This document shows, one piece after another, positions 1-11,722 of a DNA stretch of 64,000 bases; within the stretch, counting starts at the first letter, position 1, and every line of letters begins with the position of its first letter. Under the pieces are notes generated by a model. That model was not told the DNA's origin and made no database searches. It saw only the letters and a list, made by a program, of their open reading frames with translations. This stretch comes from Callorhinchus milii (taxonomy: Eukaryota): assembly GCF_018977255.1 (NCBI RefSeq), contig NW_024704742.1, forward strand, positions 51,772,001-51,836,000, given 5' to 3'. Both the position numbers and the translations under genes were made by a program.

Positions 1-545
1 CAAGTTGAATGTTTTGAAGTATTAATGGAAACATTGCAGAACAGGCATTCTGCAGTTACATAATATCTGGGATAATGGCTGCCAGAACTGTATAAGTCTG
101 CAATTCCATTAAGCAAAGCTTATGAGGTCACAAACCACAAAAATATTAACAACACTCGGAATCTGAATTACAATCTTAACCTCAACGCCAGATATGTGTT
201 GCTACTCACAATAAACTAAACAGCTTCTTGAAAAGTATAAAGCACAGTGGTGTGCACATGTCATGCACTTTGACGATTTATGGCGGTGAATGCTTACATA
301 AAGAGTTCTTCTCAGATAAGCTCATCGGATAGAGAGTCAAATCATACCACTCTCCCAGCAGCTAAAGCACCATTGTTGAGTGCTATTGGAATCTTTAGTC
401 ATAAAAGGTTATGGGCCAGATATTGCAGTGTGGAGAACTGTGATGTTCGATTTGAAGAGACTGGGTATTATAATAGGATTTGAAGAGATAGGATATTATA
501 GATCATTAACTCATGTTTTGTTGTTTAAGAAAAATCTTGTACACT

Positions 546-741
546 ATTTTTTTTTGAAGGGATTATTGCCCCTGGAAATGCGATCTGCCAATCAACTAAT
601 AACCGGGTTCCTACTTTCTATTAGGTGAACAGAGGCATGTGGTGTAAGGAAACTTGCCCAACATTTCACCCTGCCCAGGAATCAAACCCAGGTCCTCTCG
701 CTTGCAAGGCGAGTGCTCTAACCACTAAGGTACAGGACTCC
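546..741 (-). mobile_element. tRNA-derived SINE, 5' part (long subfamily with ~75-bp extra segment)
   Basis: Reverse complement begins GGAGTCCTGTACCTTAGTGGTTAGAGCACTCGCCTTGCAAG with Pol III A/B box-like motifs; matches copies at 21132-21499, 28845-29161 and 58131-58436. Confidence 0.85.
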
Positions 742-899
742 ACCATGGACAAGACAGAGGCTTTCCTGCTTGGCTCCCACCGCCTTCTCAACACAGGTGT
801 AGACAGGATCAAACTGGAGATGGATACTCCACCTCATGGAGCCTGTGTGGAATCTCAACTCTCAACTCTCCTTTAAACTTCACATCTGTGCTCTGTTCT

Positions 900-1435
900 A
901 CTCAGCTTCCCCCTACCTTAATAACATCTCCGCCATTACCTCTCCCCTCGGCCCACCGAGACACTGAATCACACATTCAATGTCCAGGCTAGATTACGCC
1001 AATTATTCTCTTTGCAGGCTGCAGACCATCCATAACTCTGCAGTTAGTGTCCTTTCCTGCACTAGGCTTTATCAATCACTGGGCCTAACAATCCATCCTC
1101 ACCTGGCTCCAGTGGCTCCCATCACCAGTGAATCGAGTTCAAGTTTCTCATCCTAACCTGTAAATCCCTCCATGGTCTTTCCCCAACCAACTTCTGCAAC
1201 CTCCTCAAACCTACAAACCTGGCCGCTCCCTCCATTGATCAGACACTGGCCTGCCTCACGTTCTCTGCCCCACCCACCGTGTCCTGGCAGAGATCCACCA
1301 TTGGTGGTCGGGCTAGCGTAGCTGTCCCCACTATATGGAACTCCATCCCGAAATCTCTTTGACTTGCTCCTTGCCTCGTCCGTCTTAAGACCTTCCTCTT
1401 TGACCGTGTTTTCAGCCATCTTTCCCCATCCAGCT
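900..1435 (+). mobile_element. Degenerate L2 LINE 3' ORF2 fragment
   Basis: Remnants such as tccaggctagattacgccaa (SRLDYAN-like), ctccagtggctcccc and gagttcaag are colinear with the L2 at 53270-53780. Confidence 0.7.
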
Positions 1436-1984
1436 ATTGTTATGGCATCTCTAAGTATCTGCCAATATATCATCGACCAAATTCCCCTTGGAGGAGTTAT
1501 TGAACTCAACTCAAATTAATATCAGTACAATGTCATTAAATGGTAGTTAATCAACGTAGTAAAAAGGAAAGGTACAATCCCCAAAATATATGCTGTTACC
1601 TGCATTTTTATTTGCCTTTACTTACACTAGGGTTTTAAATCCATACCCAGAATTAAAAATATAATATTATATTGTTTGTACCCATTAGTTCTTCACAGAA
1701 ATTCCAAACCTATTCTTTGCAGAAATGATAGAAGATACACTATATAGAAATACAACACTTCCAGTTCATGACAGTCTGGAAATATTTTCGAATGAAGTTG
1801 CTCACTCTGATAGCACTAAACTGAGCAGAGGGAGCCACAAAGCTCTGTGCAGCCCACGGAGTAAGCAATCATCCCAGAACTCATACATTTCACTGATCAC
1901 CGAATCAATCCTTTGCAGAACAGACATTAGCCAATGAAATAATGTAGATTTCATCCAATGTTTCTAATTTCACATCTATACATC

Positions 1985-2462
1985 ACAATGCCCACCTCCG
2001 CCCATACCTCTCAACCAAAGCAGCCGAACCCTCATCCACGCCTTCGCCACTCCCCACCTGGATTATTCCAATGCCCTCCTCGCTGGTCTCCCCAGCTCCA
2101 CCGTATATAAAATTCAACTAATTCAAAAATCCACTGCCCGGACACTCACCCGCACAAAACTCTGTATCCCGATCACACCAGTCCTTGCCAGGCTCCATTG
2201 GCTCTCAAATACCAAACGGATCAATTTCAAGATCCTTTCACTCGTTTTCAAATCCCTTCCATGCCCTCACACCTCCCTAACTATCTGATTTACTTACGCC
2301 CCACTCCACCACCCTCGGCTGGATCCAGCCTCCTGTTTGTCACTCGTGCTCTATGGTCACCTCCCCATTCCCTTTCCCCCTGGCTCGGGGTCAGACTCCG
2401 CCACTATCAAATACTCCGGGACACTACCCCGAAGAGCGCTATATAAATACAAGTTGTTGTTG
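1985..2462 (+). mobile_element. L2 LINE 3' fragment with tail
   Basis: Encodes LDYSNALLAGLP...LHWL...FKIL motifs; ends gcgctatataaatacaagttgttgttg. Confidence 0.85.
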
Positions 2463-3944
2463 TATCTATCCAACATTCTGGAATGAATGATGTATGGATT
2501 GCTTGCAGGTATAACACCCCTGAGTAAGGTCACTATTGTGCTTGAAGTAGAATGCTGGAAAACCTATACTTGTTGACATTTTGGCCTTTGTTGGACGTTT
2601 GAGGTAGCAATAGTATGCTGGGATCAGCAAGCCATTAGCAAATTGAATTTTTTTACAGAAAATTACTGACTTCCATTATCAAACACAGTGTTAACAACAG
2701 GGTAATGATAAACCACAGCAGTTGGTTGCCACATTCAGAAAATGTTTCGTAAGTGGTGTCTGTGTACTTTGTAGTGGCCTTAATTTGTGCACCCAGAGGC
2801 CAGTCTGAAGCCTGTAATTAGTGTGGCACTCTAAGGGAGTACATAATGCTTTGATAATGCCACACTGATGAACGATAAGTTCTGTTGGTGCAGAACCTTA
2901 ATCCAATGGAATTTTGTTGATGCACATACAAACATTGAATTAGAAAAGTATTGGTGATATAAATCAAGGAAATCATAACATTTAATGCATTTATATCAAA
3001 ATACAGTATAGATCACTCAATATTGTTTTCATGATGTAAAGAGAAAAGGTGAACACAAAAATTGTAAAAGCTCAGTACTGCTGCTTGCACTTCACTCAAA
3101 AGAACGCCAGTTGCAGGTTAAATGTGGAAAGTAGATGACAGCAACTTATACTCAGCCAACAAACGGTTTTGTGACAGTGTTGCAACATAAACATAGTCAA
3201 ACACACAAGAGCCAGATCCAGCTGGAAAAATATAGTTCATTCAACAGAAGAAACAAGAATGAAGAGGACAATCAATCAATCAACAGTGCTACAATAAACA
3301 ACATAAAGACAACTGATCTGGATTCTCTGTTATAGTCTTAAACAAACAGCGGCAGAGATTCAATAGTAGCTCTTGAGTGGCATCAAAGAACGAAAAGAAT
3401 CCTAAATGGCCACCTGAAGTGTTGGGTCTTCTCAAGGAGCGCAGTATTTAGCACAAGCCAGCAGGTTGCTCTTCCCTTAAATGACAGGAGATGTTTAAAA
3501 TCACTTTGGGGGATATAAAACACTTTGTTTAAAAGTACAGTATGTCTTCACCTCCAGAGTACCAACCCACTATAAAATGAGCTGAACTAACCCAGCCCAC
3601 CTGTTGCAAGGCTCTATGCTGTGTTATTCCACCAATTAGATGTGCCTGCATTAGCTGGGTTTGGGGCCGAGTGACAGAGGTAGCATGTGAATGTTGCAGC
3701 AGAATTCAAAGAGTGAGCTTGGAAAATACTCTGTGGCTTTTCCCCAGATGTGTAGGGGTTTCAGGGAGGAGAAGATGTGGGCACGGCTTTGGTACGAGGT
3801 TGGGCTGTGATCCCCCACAGTCAATTCCCATTGTTAAGGCTCACATATGATTAAGGGAGCTGATTTCCCTCCCGTACCTTGCTCAAGTGGCCATTATTCA
3901 TATGTCATTCTTGGAAATAAGGGAGTCAAGAGCAGAATACTGTT

Positions 3945-4374
3945 AATAACAATAATCCTTGAAGTTGATATAGCTTTCATGTCAGGATGACATCGAAAAG
4001 TGCTTCACATGATACACTGTAAAGTACAGTGACTGTGTATTTTGTGGGTGAACATGCCGCCAATTTGAGCACAGCAATGTTCCACAAACAGCCATGAAGT
4101 GAGCAACCAATTATAATGGGCAAATGTTGGCCAGGACACTGGGAGAAACTTTCTCTTTTCGTATGGTACTGAGGGATGTGTATCGTCCACCTGAAATGGC
4201 AGATGTTTAATGTTTAATGTTTTACCTGAAGGTCAATACCTCCAACAATACAACATCCCCTGCATTGTATTGGAGTGTCAGCCTACGCTTGTAAGTTCAA
4301 AGTCCTTACCTGGAGATTGAACCCACAATCTTCTGTCTCAGAGGCCAGAGTGCTAACAACTGAGCCAGGCTGAC
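3945..4374 (-). mobile_element. Older tRNA-headed Deu-type SINE
   Basis: Minus-strand head tgtcagcctggctcagttgttagcactctggcctctgag, Deu-like core ttgctgtgctcaaattggcggc, tail aaggattattgttatt. Confidence 0.75.
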
Positions 4375-5174
4375 ACATGAATGGAGAACGATAGAAGGAA
4401 ACTAATAAAGATTTGGAAAGTTAATAGGCAAAAACACCTGGCGAGCTGTCTGGTGGCAGATGAGGGACAATGAGCACGCATGCTGAGAAGTACACATCCA
4501 GTTGAATGATAGATTATACTTAAAAGCATTTTCAAATTAATTTCCTTGTTCTGGAATCAGTTTAATGGAATCACAATGCATTTTTAATATACCGTTCAGC
4601 CTTGTGTCACTTGAGTGTTGGGAGGCTCATTTGTTACCCTATAATAGTCCCGTCAAGATGGCTCCATTTCTCATATTACATTTTTAGCTAATTCCACAGT
4701 GAAAGTGGATAATATTGTTTAAATATTTAAAAAAAGTCACCAATTGGCCAAGATGACAAAGTAATTGGATTACAATTTTAGTGACAACCATGCATAATGG
4801 AGACAGTTCTAACATTTCTGTGGCATTTCATGCTGGGATCAGTGTGCTTTGATTATATTCTACTCTGTGCAACAAGGATTAAAGGCACCAGTAGGACATT
4901 CTTGACTATTCCGAGGTTAAAATAGAACAAACTTGCACGCTCAAAATTAAAATTCCTTTCTCCAATAGTCATCAAACAATTTCAGTCTACTTCATTACTA
5001 ACAAATGTACCACATTCAAACATGTGCTACAGAACATATGTCGGCATTCACAAATCTTTAGAGGCATATTCTAGGAAGGATTGATGGAATGGCTGAAAAG
5101 GCACTGTCTCCTTTTGAGAGGTCTCCCTTAAAGGGAGGTGTGCAACATCAAGTTTGGTAATAGCATGACTTGTG

Positions 5175-5315
5175 TCTGCCCTGTCTCTCTCGCTCTGTCT
5201 CCCTGCTCTCTCTGTTTTCCCCCTCTCTCTGTCTCTCCCCTCTCTCTGTCCCCTCCTCTCTTTGTTTCCTCCTGCCATCTCTCACTTTTTCTCTCTCCCT
5301 CTTTCTCTCTCTCTC
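5175..5315. repeat. Imperfect (CT)n-rich microsatellite
   Basis: Polypyrimidine ctct/ctgt repeats seen directly. Confidence 0.9.
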
Positions 5316-5799
5316 TGAGCTGGAGACTGCACAGTCTTAAATTAAAATGGTATGAAAAACAATCCACAAACTCTGGGGAGGTAAAATTCCTTTTATTGTT
5401 AAAACTAATGGCTTTTAAGATGTGCTCTTACAACATGAAAATCCCATTATAATCACATATTGGCAAAGTTACATAGTACAAACAGGAATTTCTCACTTAG
5501 ACTGTCAGGCATTTGTGCTGCAGTAAATAGGTCACCTTCAGATCCAACAATACAACTGACATTGAATTTTATACATGACACAGATCCACCATTTCCTGGA
5601 CTCTAAGATGACATTTAGTTGTGTTGCTATCCCTCCTCGTGTGCTAGAGTTTTGCTTCCAAACTTGCCCTTTGCAATTTCTTCAGTCTACTTTTCCTTTT
5701 ACTTGGAAATCTGCTTGTTTATCCTAACTTAAGAAAGGTGATCCCTGCTGACCTTCAAACTATTGTCCCAACTCTCTCTAACCGTCTCCCTCTTATTTT

Positions 5800-5996
5800 T
5801 AAAACTCTCTCCCTACCCTCTCATTCTCTCTGCTTCTCCCCATCTTCCTAGTTTCCACTCTCTGTCTCTATCTCTGCCTCCCTCTCTTTCTCCTCCCTTT
5901 CTCTGCCCCCTACCGCTCCTCCACCTCTCTCTCCCTCCTCTCTCTGTCTCCCCCTATCTCTCTCTCTGCTTCCACTCTCTCTCTCTGTCTCCCCCC
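5800..5996. repeat. Imperfect (CT)n-rich microsatellite
   Basis: Polypyrimidine ctct repeats seen directly. Confidence 0.9.
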
Positions 5997-6084
5997 ACTT
6001 TCAATACTGATATAGCAATGTTCAGAAGTCAAGCCTAAGATACATTATTGGGCAAAATAGAGGAAACAGTACTTGGTAATAAAC

Positions 6085-6298
6085 TGGGCCGATAGAAAAG
6101 TGCGGCTGCAATTCTTCCACGGAATCTGCTATAAACAGTGCCCTCTTCTACAAACCCATTAAAAATTACGTCTAGGCTCCAGGTCTCTCACATTGTTTAT
6201 CCAACGTCACTGAGGGCAGAGAGGCTCTGGACGCACATACACCGTGCGGTGTAAGCGGGAAATTAGCTTTGCTCCACTCGGAGGCCCTGCTGTTGAGA
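6085..6298. promoter_or_regulatory. CpG-retaining, promoter-like segment
   Basis: About 10 CpGs in ~210 bp against a CpG-depleted background; half-CRE acgtca and E2F-like gcgggaaa. Confidence 0.3.
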
Positions 6299-6299
6299 T

Positions 6300-6640
6300 T
6301 GTCTGTGTGTGTGTGTGTGTCTCTGTGTGAGTGTGTGTCTGTGTCTCTCCTCTGTACATATGTGTTTGTGTGTGTTTCGTCTATAAGTGAATGTGTTAAT
6401 GAATATCTGTGAATGTGTATGTATGTCTCGCTCTCTTCTATCTGTGTGTATGTCTCTGCGTGTTTGCGTCTGTGTGTGTCTCTATGTTTGTGCTTTGGTC
6501 TCTGTGTGTCTCTCTGTGTCTGTGTGTCTCTCTCTGTGTCTCTGAGTGTATGTGTTTTTCTCTCTGTCCTTGTGTGTGTTTTTCTGGGTCTGTGTTTGTA
6601 TGTCTCTCTCTGGGTTTCTGTCTCTGTGTCTGTGTGTGGT
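6300..6640. repeat. Compound (TG)n/(TC)n microsatellite
   Basis: tgtg/tctg repeats seen directly. Confidence 0.95.
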
Positions 6641-7639
6641 GGTGGGCCCTGAGAGGCAGAAGGTAGTGAGCTCCTGTAGCCCTGCAGTCAGGACACTGGT
6701 CCTCAGTGCCTGTTTCTTGGGGGATCTCAAGGCCGTTTGCGTCTGCCTGATGTCCCCACACACCCTAATATGCATTACTTCCTCATGTTTAGTTTTTATC
6801 AATAAAGTGAAAAATTGTAAGTACATCAATAACACCAATCATTCCCCCTGCAATTTCCCACAAGGCCTAGCAAATTTCTCTGCAAAATTCGTCAAGCGTC
6901 CCACATTTTTGGGTAAATATTTGTGCAATTTTCTATTGGCTCTGATAATAACCCATGTTACATTTGCCTGGTCACTTGGTGTCTGAGAAAAGAAATGTTC
7001 CATTCCCTAGCTCTTATCATTCAGTTTGATAAATGCAAAACCTGCACATGAACTGAAACATCAAATCATCAATTACAGCAAAGAGCATATGGTAATAAAA
7101 TCCCATAAATATCTGGCTCAGATGATGTGAGTTATTGAAAAATATAAAGTTTACAGTGGCTGGAGTGATGATAATTGGTTGAACTGATACAATATGAATG
7201 CCTCTTGGTTTGTGGCTTATCCCTCAAGATGAATAAATGGATGTTAATCTATGGAAAACTAAACAATGTGCTGAGAGTCAGAAAATATACCAAAACTTCA
7301 CTCTTGTATCAAAAAATTATATTGAAACATAATGGGTTTAATTGAGATTTGAACTTCTTTGAACTCACCACTGTTTAAACAAGGCTGGAAAATAATAATC
7401 AGTCAATCTACAATTCAATTTCCCTGCCCTATAGGTTAATAGTTAATGTATATAAACACTTACAATCATCTAGTTCAAAGTTTCTTTTAGGTTAAATAAA
7501 AGCTGTTAGGATTTTATAGAAGTATGCATTTTTTCTATCCAAGTCAAATATACTGTAAAAACGAATTACTGTCAAACTTGTGTTAAGTTACAGTCACTTG
7601 AACTTCACTATTTTTATCAAAAAGTTATATTGAAACATA

Positions 7640-7732
7640 AAATCAGAAAATACTGGAAATGTCAACAGGCCAATCGCATCTGAAGCAGAATGACAAATAA
7701 AAGTTCTCGATATTATCCTTCATCAGAACTGG
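7640..7732 (-). mobile_element. Highly decayed single arm of the Penelope-type palindromic element
   Basis: cagaaaatactggaaa...gcatctg...ccttcatcagaactgg resembles the arm at 39146-39283; minus strand retains GTTCTGATGAAGG. Confidence 0.5.
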
Positions 7733-9149
7733 AATGGTTGGGCTGCAGAGCGCCCTAAATAGGATTTTGGTCAGATGGGTGTATGACACATGCAGAAACC
7801 CATCACCAGCTTAAGAGTATCCAAACCAAGCTGAGATTTCCATGCATCCCACCCACACATGGAAATTCCAGGGAGAGTTTGTTGGAATGGAATCCGCACT
7901 CTCTCCATGGAGCAGCACATCCTGCTTACCTAATTCTGGAGAGTATTAGGTGCAGGTTGAATGTAGAAGGTGTTAGTCAGGCTTTTTGTGTATGACCAAT
8001 GAGTTGTTTAAAACATTGTTCCTATTATTTTTATTTTCTTCGTCTGTTTCACTTGTTCACCTCAATCGTATAAAACTTCTCCAGCCTAAACATCTCAGTC
8101 TACTGAAGGAGAACATCTCATATATTAGCCACTTTCTCTTGGTTCCTAATAGCATTTGGATTCAGATAATTAATCCAGATAAGTTAGGATAATGGAAAGT
8201 AAAAGTGTGAAGTAAATATATATATACAGGCTTGATAGAAGTTGAATGAAACTTAGGGAAGTTAGTTAATTTGTTGCTCACATATTAAAACAAAGCAAGG
8301 CAATAATAAACAAAGGAAATAGGATATTGAGTTATATTGTCGATGTAGTTGAGTTCAGATTCCAAGAAGTCATGCTCAAACTGTATATTTCTAAGGTTAG
8401 ACCAAACCTAGACTACTACATACAGTTCTGACATTACTGCAAATGACAAAAGCAATTCATTTTAACATTTGCAGTAGAGCCGTTAGGTACATAAGTGTAT
8501 ATATTTTATGATATCCCAACGCTTTGGGACATCCTTCCTACGTGAAAGGCACTATATAAATGTAATTTTGTTGTTGATATATATTATTTACTGTATATAG
8601 AAAGTATTTTGTCTCATAATTGACAATGAAATAAAAACAGAACTGAAAATGGCTGTTATGTAAAATAATAACTCTAGTTATGTAAGATTTTGAAATTAAA
8701 TTTGAAAATGATCGTTTCTAGTTCTGCACATTCATATGATCTGCGCATTTCTACCCTCCTATCATATTTCCTGCAATTTATTCTGTTCTATCAAGGAACA
8801 CTCTAAATAGTCAGTGGGAAGAAGTTTCAAGCTACAATTATCAAAAGTATTGAGAGGATCAAAATGACTTAACATAAAAATCCCATCAACATTCCAAGTT
8901 ATAAATATTTACAGTATCCTTGAGAAGGTGAAACTTAACCCTGCACCAAGTAATAGTTTTCTGCCTTAGTCATCATGCATTGGAATGCACAATCAATGAA
9001 GATTGTTTGCCAACATGGTACAAAGCACAATAATAAAAGCTCATTACACAAAGTCATTATTTGAATTTGTAATCTGATAATCTTACCAACAGACCACGTT
9101 TTCCGGGGAGAGGGTTGTGAGGTAAGACTCTAAGCTTGCTCTGCATTAC

Positions 9150-9478
9150 TGCAGCCTTACATCATGCCCCGCCACCTCCCTACCTCTCTGACCTGCTTAC
9201 ACCCCACTCCTGCACCCTGCCCCTTTGGCGCTAGTCTCCTGCACGTCACTCATCCCCTCTATTTCAGCTATTACACCCCCAAACTCTGGACTTCTCTGCC
9301 TCAGTCCCTCCATCTTATCCCCTTCTTGTCCATCTTCAGATCACACCTGAAGACCTTCCTCTTCGACTGTGCTTATGGTCACCTCCCCTCTCACCCTAGC
9401 TCGGTGTCAAGCTCTGCCCGTAAAGCACTCCATGATGCTACCTGTGTGACGGGCGCTATATAAATGCAAGTTGTTGTG
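9150..9478 (+). mobile_element. L2 LINE 3' end (second tail variant)
   Basis: Encodes HLKTFLFD motif; ends gggcgctatataaatgcaagttgttg. Confidence 0.8.
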
Positions 9479-10099
9479 GTTTCTTGCTCCCCACTGTCCC
9501 AACTGAAAGGAGTTGAGGAAAGGTCTCAAGTGGAGGGCCTCAGTTAAACTTTTCCACCTCTAAGGCATTATTTCTAAGGCCTGTAATAGACCAGGGGTAG
9601 CTGTAGTTTGGCTCTGTTGACTGATGTCCAGAGAGGAACCCTTCAACTGAAGGAAGGAAGAGCTAAAGTATAAAATGGAAGGATGGAGCTAGATTTGCGT
9701 GAGATTAATAAAATCTACTGAGCCGCTGATGACTAAAATAATGGAAACTTCTTGAAAAGTTATTTCAGTATACAGTGCTAAAGGCTGTAATCTCACCTGC
9801 AGGTTGAGATGATGTTGGAAAAATGTAATAGAAACCTTCTTGCAGTTTACTATGTTATTCACTTTGATTATAGCCTTGAAAATTACTCCCTGCAATCCAT
9901 CAAATTCTGCACTAGACATTTCTAGTAAATGTACAGGAATAGGTTTTGTGAGGCCATAATTTTAGCTTCCAGCTTAATGTAATAGGAAGGGAATGAAAGA
10001 TATTACAGTGAAAGTTTCCCTGCTTATTTAGCATAAGGCAAGCAGTCTTCTCATCCTACATGAACCCTGAGCACAGATAGTTGTTTCACTCCACAATGT

Positions 10100-10525
10100 G
10101 TCAGTCTGGCTCAATTGGTAGCACTCTCGCCTCTAAGTTCAAACTTTGAATTTGGAGATGTTTCAGTACATCCAATCTCATCCCTTCAGAACACTCACGA
10201 TGAATGCAACTTTGACTCTAATGCAGTGCTGGGGTGGGTGGGGGAATGCCTCATTTTTTGAGATGCCATCATTTCGATGTTAACCTGAAGTCCTGCATGA
10301 CATTTCAGGTGGACACTAAAGTCCCATGGCACTATTCTAAAAGAGAAGGGAATTTCTCCTGGTGTCCTGGCCAATAATCCCTCAAATAAAGTTAGATATT
10401 CACTTCACGGCTGCTTTTGGAACATCGTGGTCAAATTAACAGCTATGTTTGCCTATAGAGGAAACTCCTATGAAGAGACATCCTGGCATATGAAAGGCAG
10501 AATATCAAATGCAAGGATTATTATT
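10100..10525 (+). mobile_element. Older tRNA-headed Deu-type SINE
   Basis: Head gtcagtctggctcaattggtagcactctcgcctct, middle cccatggcactatt, tail atcaaatgcaaggattattatt. Confidence 0.75.
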
Positions 10526-10539
10526 AATGTAGCTTCTGG

Positions 10540-11210
10540 ATATCACCAATCTAAGTTATGAGGAAAGTATAAGAAAGTTGTGCATGTTCTCTTCAGAAGA
10601 GACTTGAGATGATGCAATTGACGTTTGTAGTTTATAAGAATATGAAGGAGATTTATAAGGTTGATCTTGTCCGCAGTGACCACAAATTCCAATAAGTGAG
10701 TTATAAAAGAGAAGATTAGGAGCAAGAACTGAAGTCGGAAGGAATCTTTTTATTCAAAGATGTAGAATCTTTCAGTATATCCGATCTCATCCCTTCAGAA
10801 CACTCACAATATCATCCCATCATACCTATCATGCTTTTTAAAATGAGTCCAGAGTTCTCGCCTCAACCACCCTTCCTGACAACCTTTCCAGTCTTAATTA
10901 CCCTCTCAGTAAAGAAAACCATCCTGGCATCTGTTTCCTCTTGTTGTACTGTCTTGGTGTATCCTGAAGTATTGATCTGGGTTTACTTTTTCGATCCCAT
11001 GTAAAATTTTACACCTCTGTAAGGTCCCACCTGAGTTGCTTTCTCTCAAGACTGAAGAGCCCTAGCTTGTCTGAATATTGTGCATAGCTCATTCCTCTAA
11101 CACTAATACATACATGAGGCAGAAGAGAAAAGAGGGATATGGCGGGGTAATGGGAAGAGCAGATTGGGAGTATAACATCAACCAAGACAAGTTGGCCTGA
11201 AGCGCCTGTT
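10540..11210. mobile_element. Decayed CR1 3' fragments in both orientations
   Basis: + strand agttatgaggaaag...cagagaagagacttgagatgatg; - strand ctcaaccacccttcctgac...cacctctgtaaggtccc; both resemble the CR1 3' ORF2 at 47500-47900 and 60330-60790. Confidence 0.5.
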
Positions 11211-11219
11211 TTGCTGATT

Positions 11220-11722
11220 TCCTCCGATTCTCACTGCGAGAAAATGCTAGACTTCCTCGAGTCCAAAATCAAGGCAATCTGCTCAACTGCCACTCCCTCC
11301 CAACTTCTACCCCCTCCCTACACCAACCCCACACAATTACCCATCCGACAATTACCCATCCCTCCTTCCACACCTTTGAACCTGTCACCCCTTCCTCTGT
11401 CTTCAACACGGTAACCTCCTTGAAGTCCACCACCTGTTCCCTCAACCCCATCCCTCTCCTTAAATCCCAGCTCCACCTCCTTGCCCCACTACTCACCGAC
11501 ATCATTAACCTCTCCTTCTCATCTGGCACTGTTCCTTCCCCCCTCAAAACAGCCACTATCACCCCCACCTTGAAAAAACCTTCGCTCGACCCATCACAGC
11601 TATCCAGCTACCGGTCCATTTCAAATCTCCCCTTCCTATCCAAGGTCCTTGAGAGAGCCATTGCCTCCAGCTTCGCTCTTTCCTCTCCTCTCACTCCCTC
11701 CATGAACCCCTCCAATCAGGTT
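11220..11722 (+). mobile_element. L2 LINE internal ORF2 fragment (pre-RT region)
   Basis: Encodes CEKMLDFLESKI and TCSLNPIP...YRSISNLPFLSKVLER; colinear with 52040-52520. Confidence 0.9.

Noticed and set aside
5048..6986. Cluster of ORFs rich in L/S/C/V or R/E/T/H
   Set aside because: Translations of CT and TG microsatellites
9799..9921. Minus-strand exon candidate ending cag|GTGAGA
   Set aside because: Poor pyrimidine tract, unrecognised peptide and no partner exons
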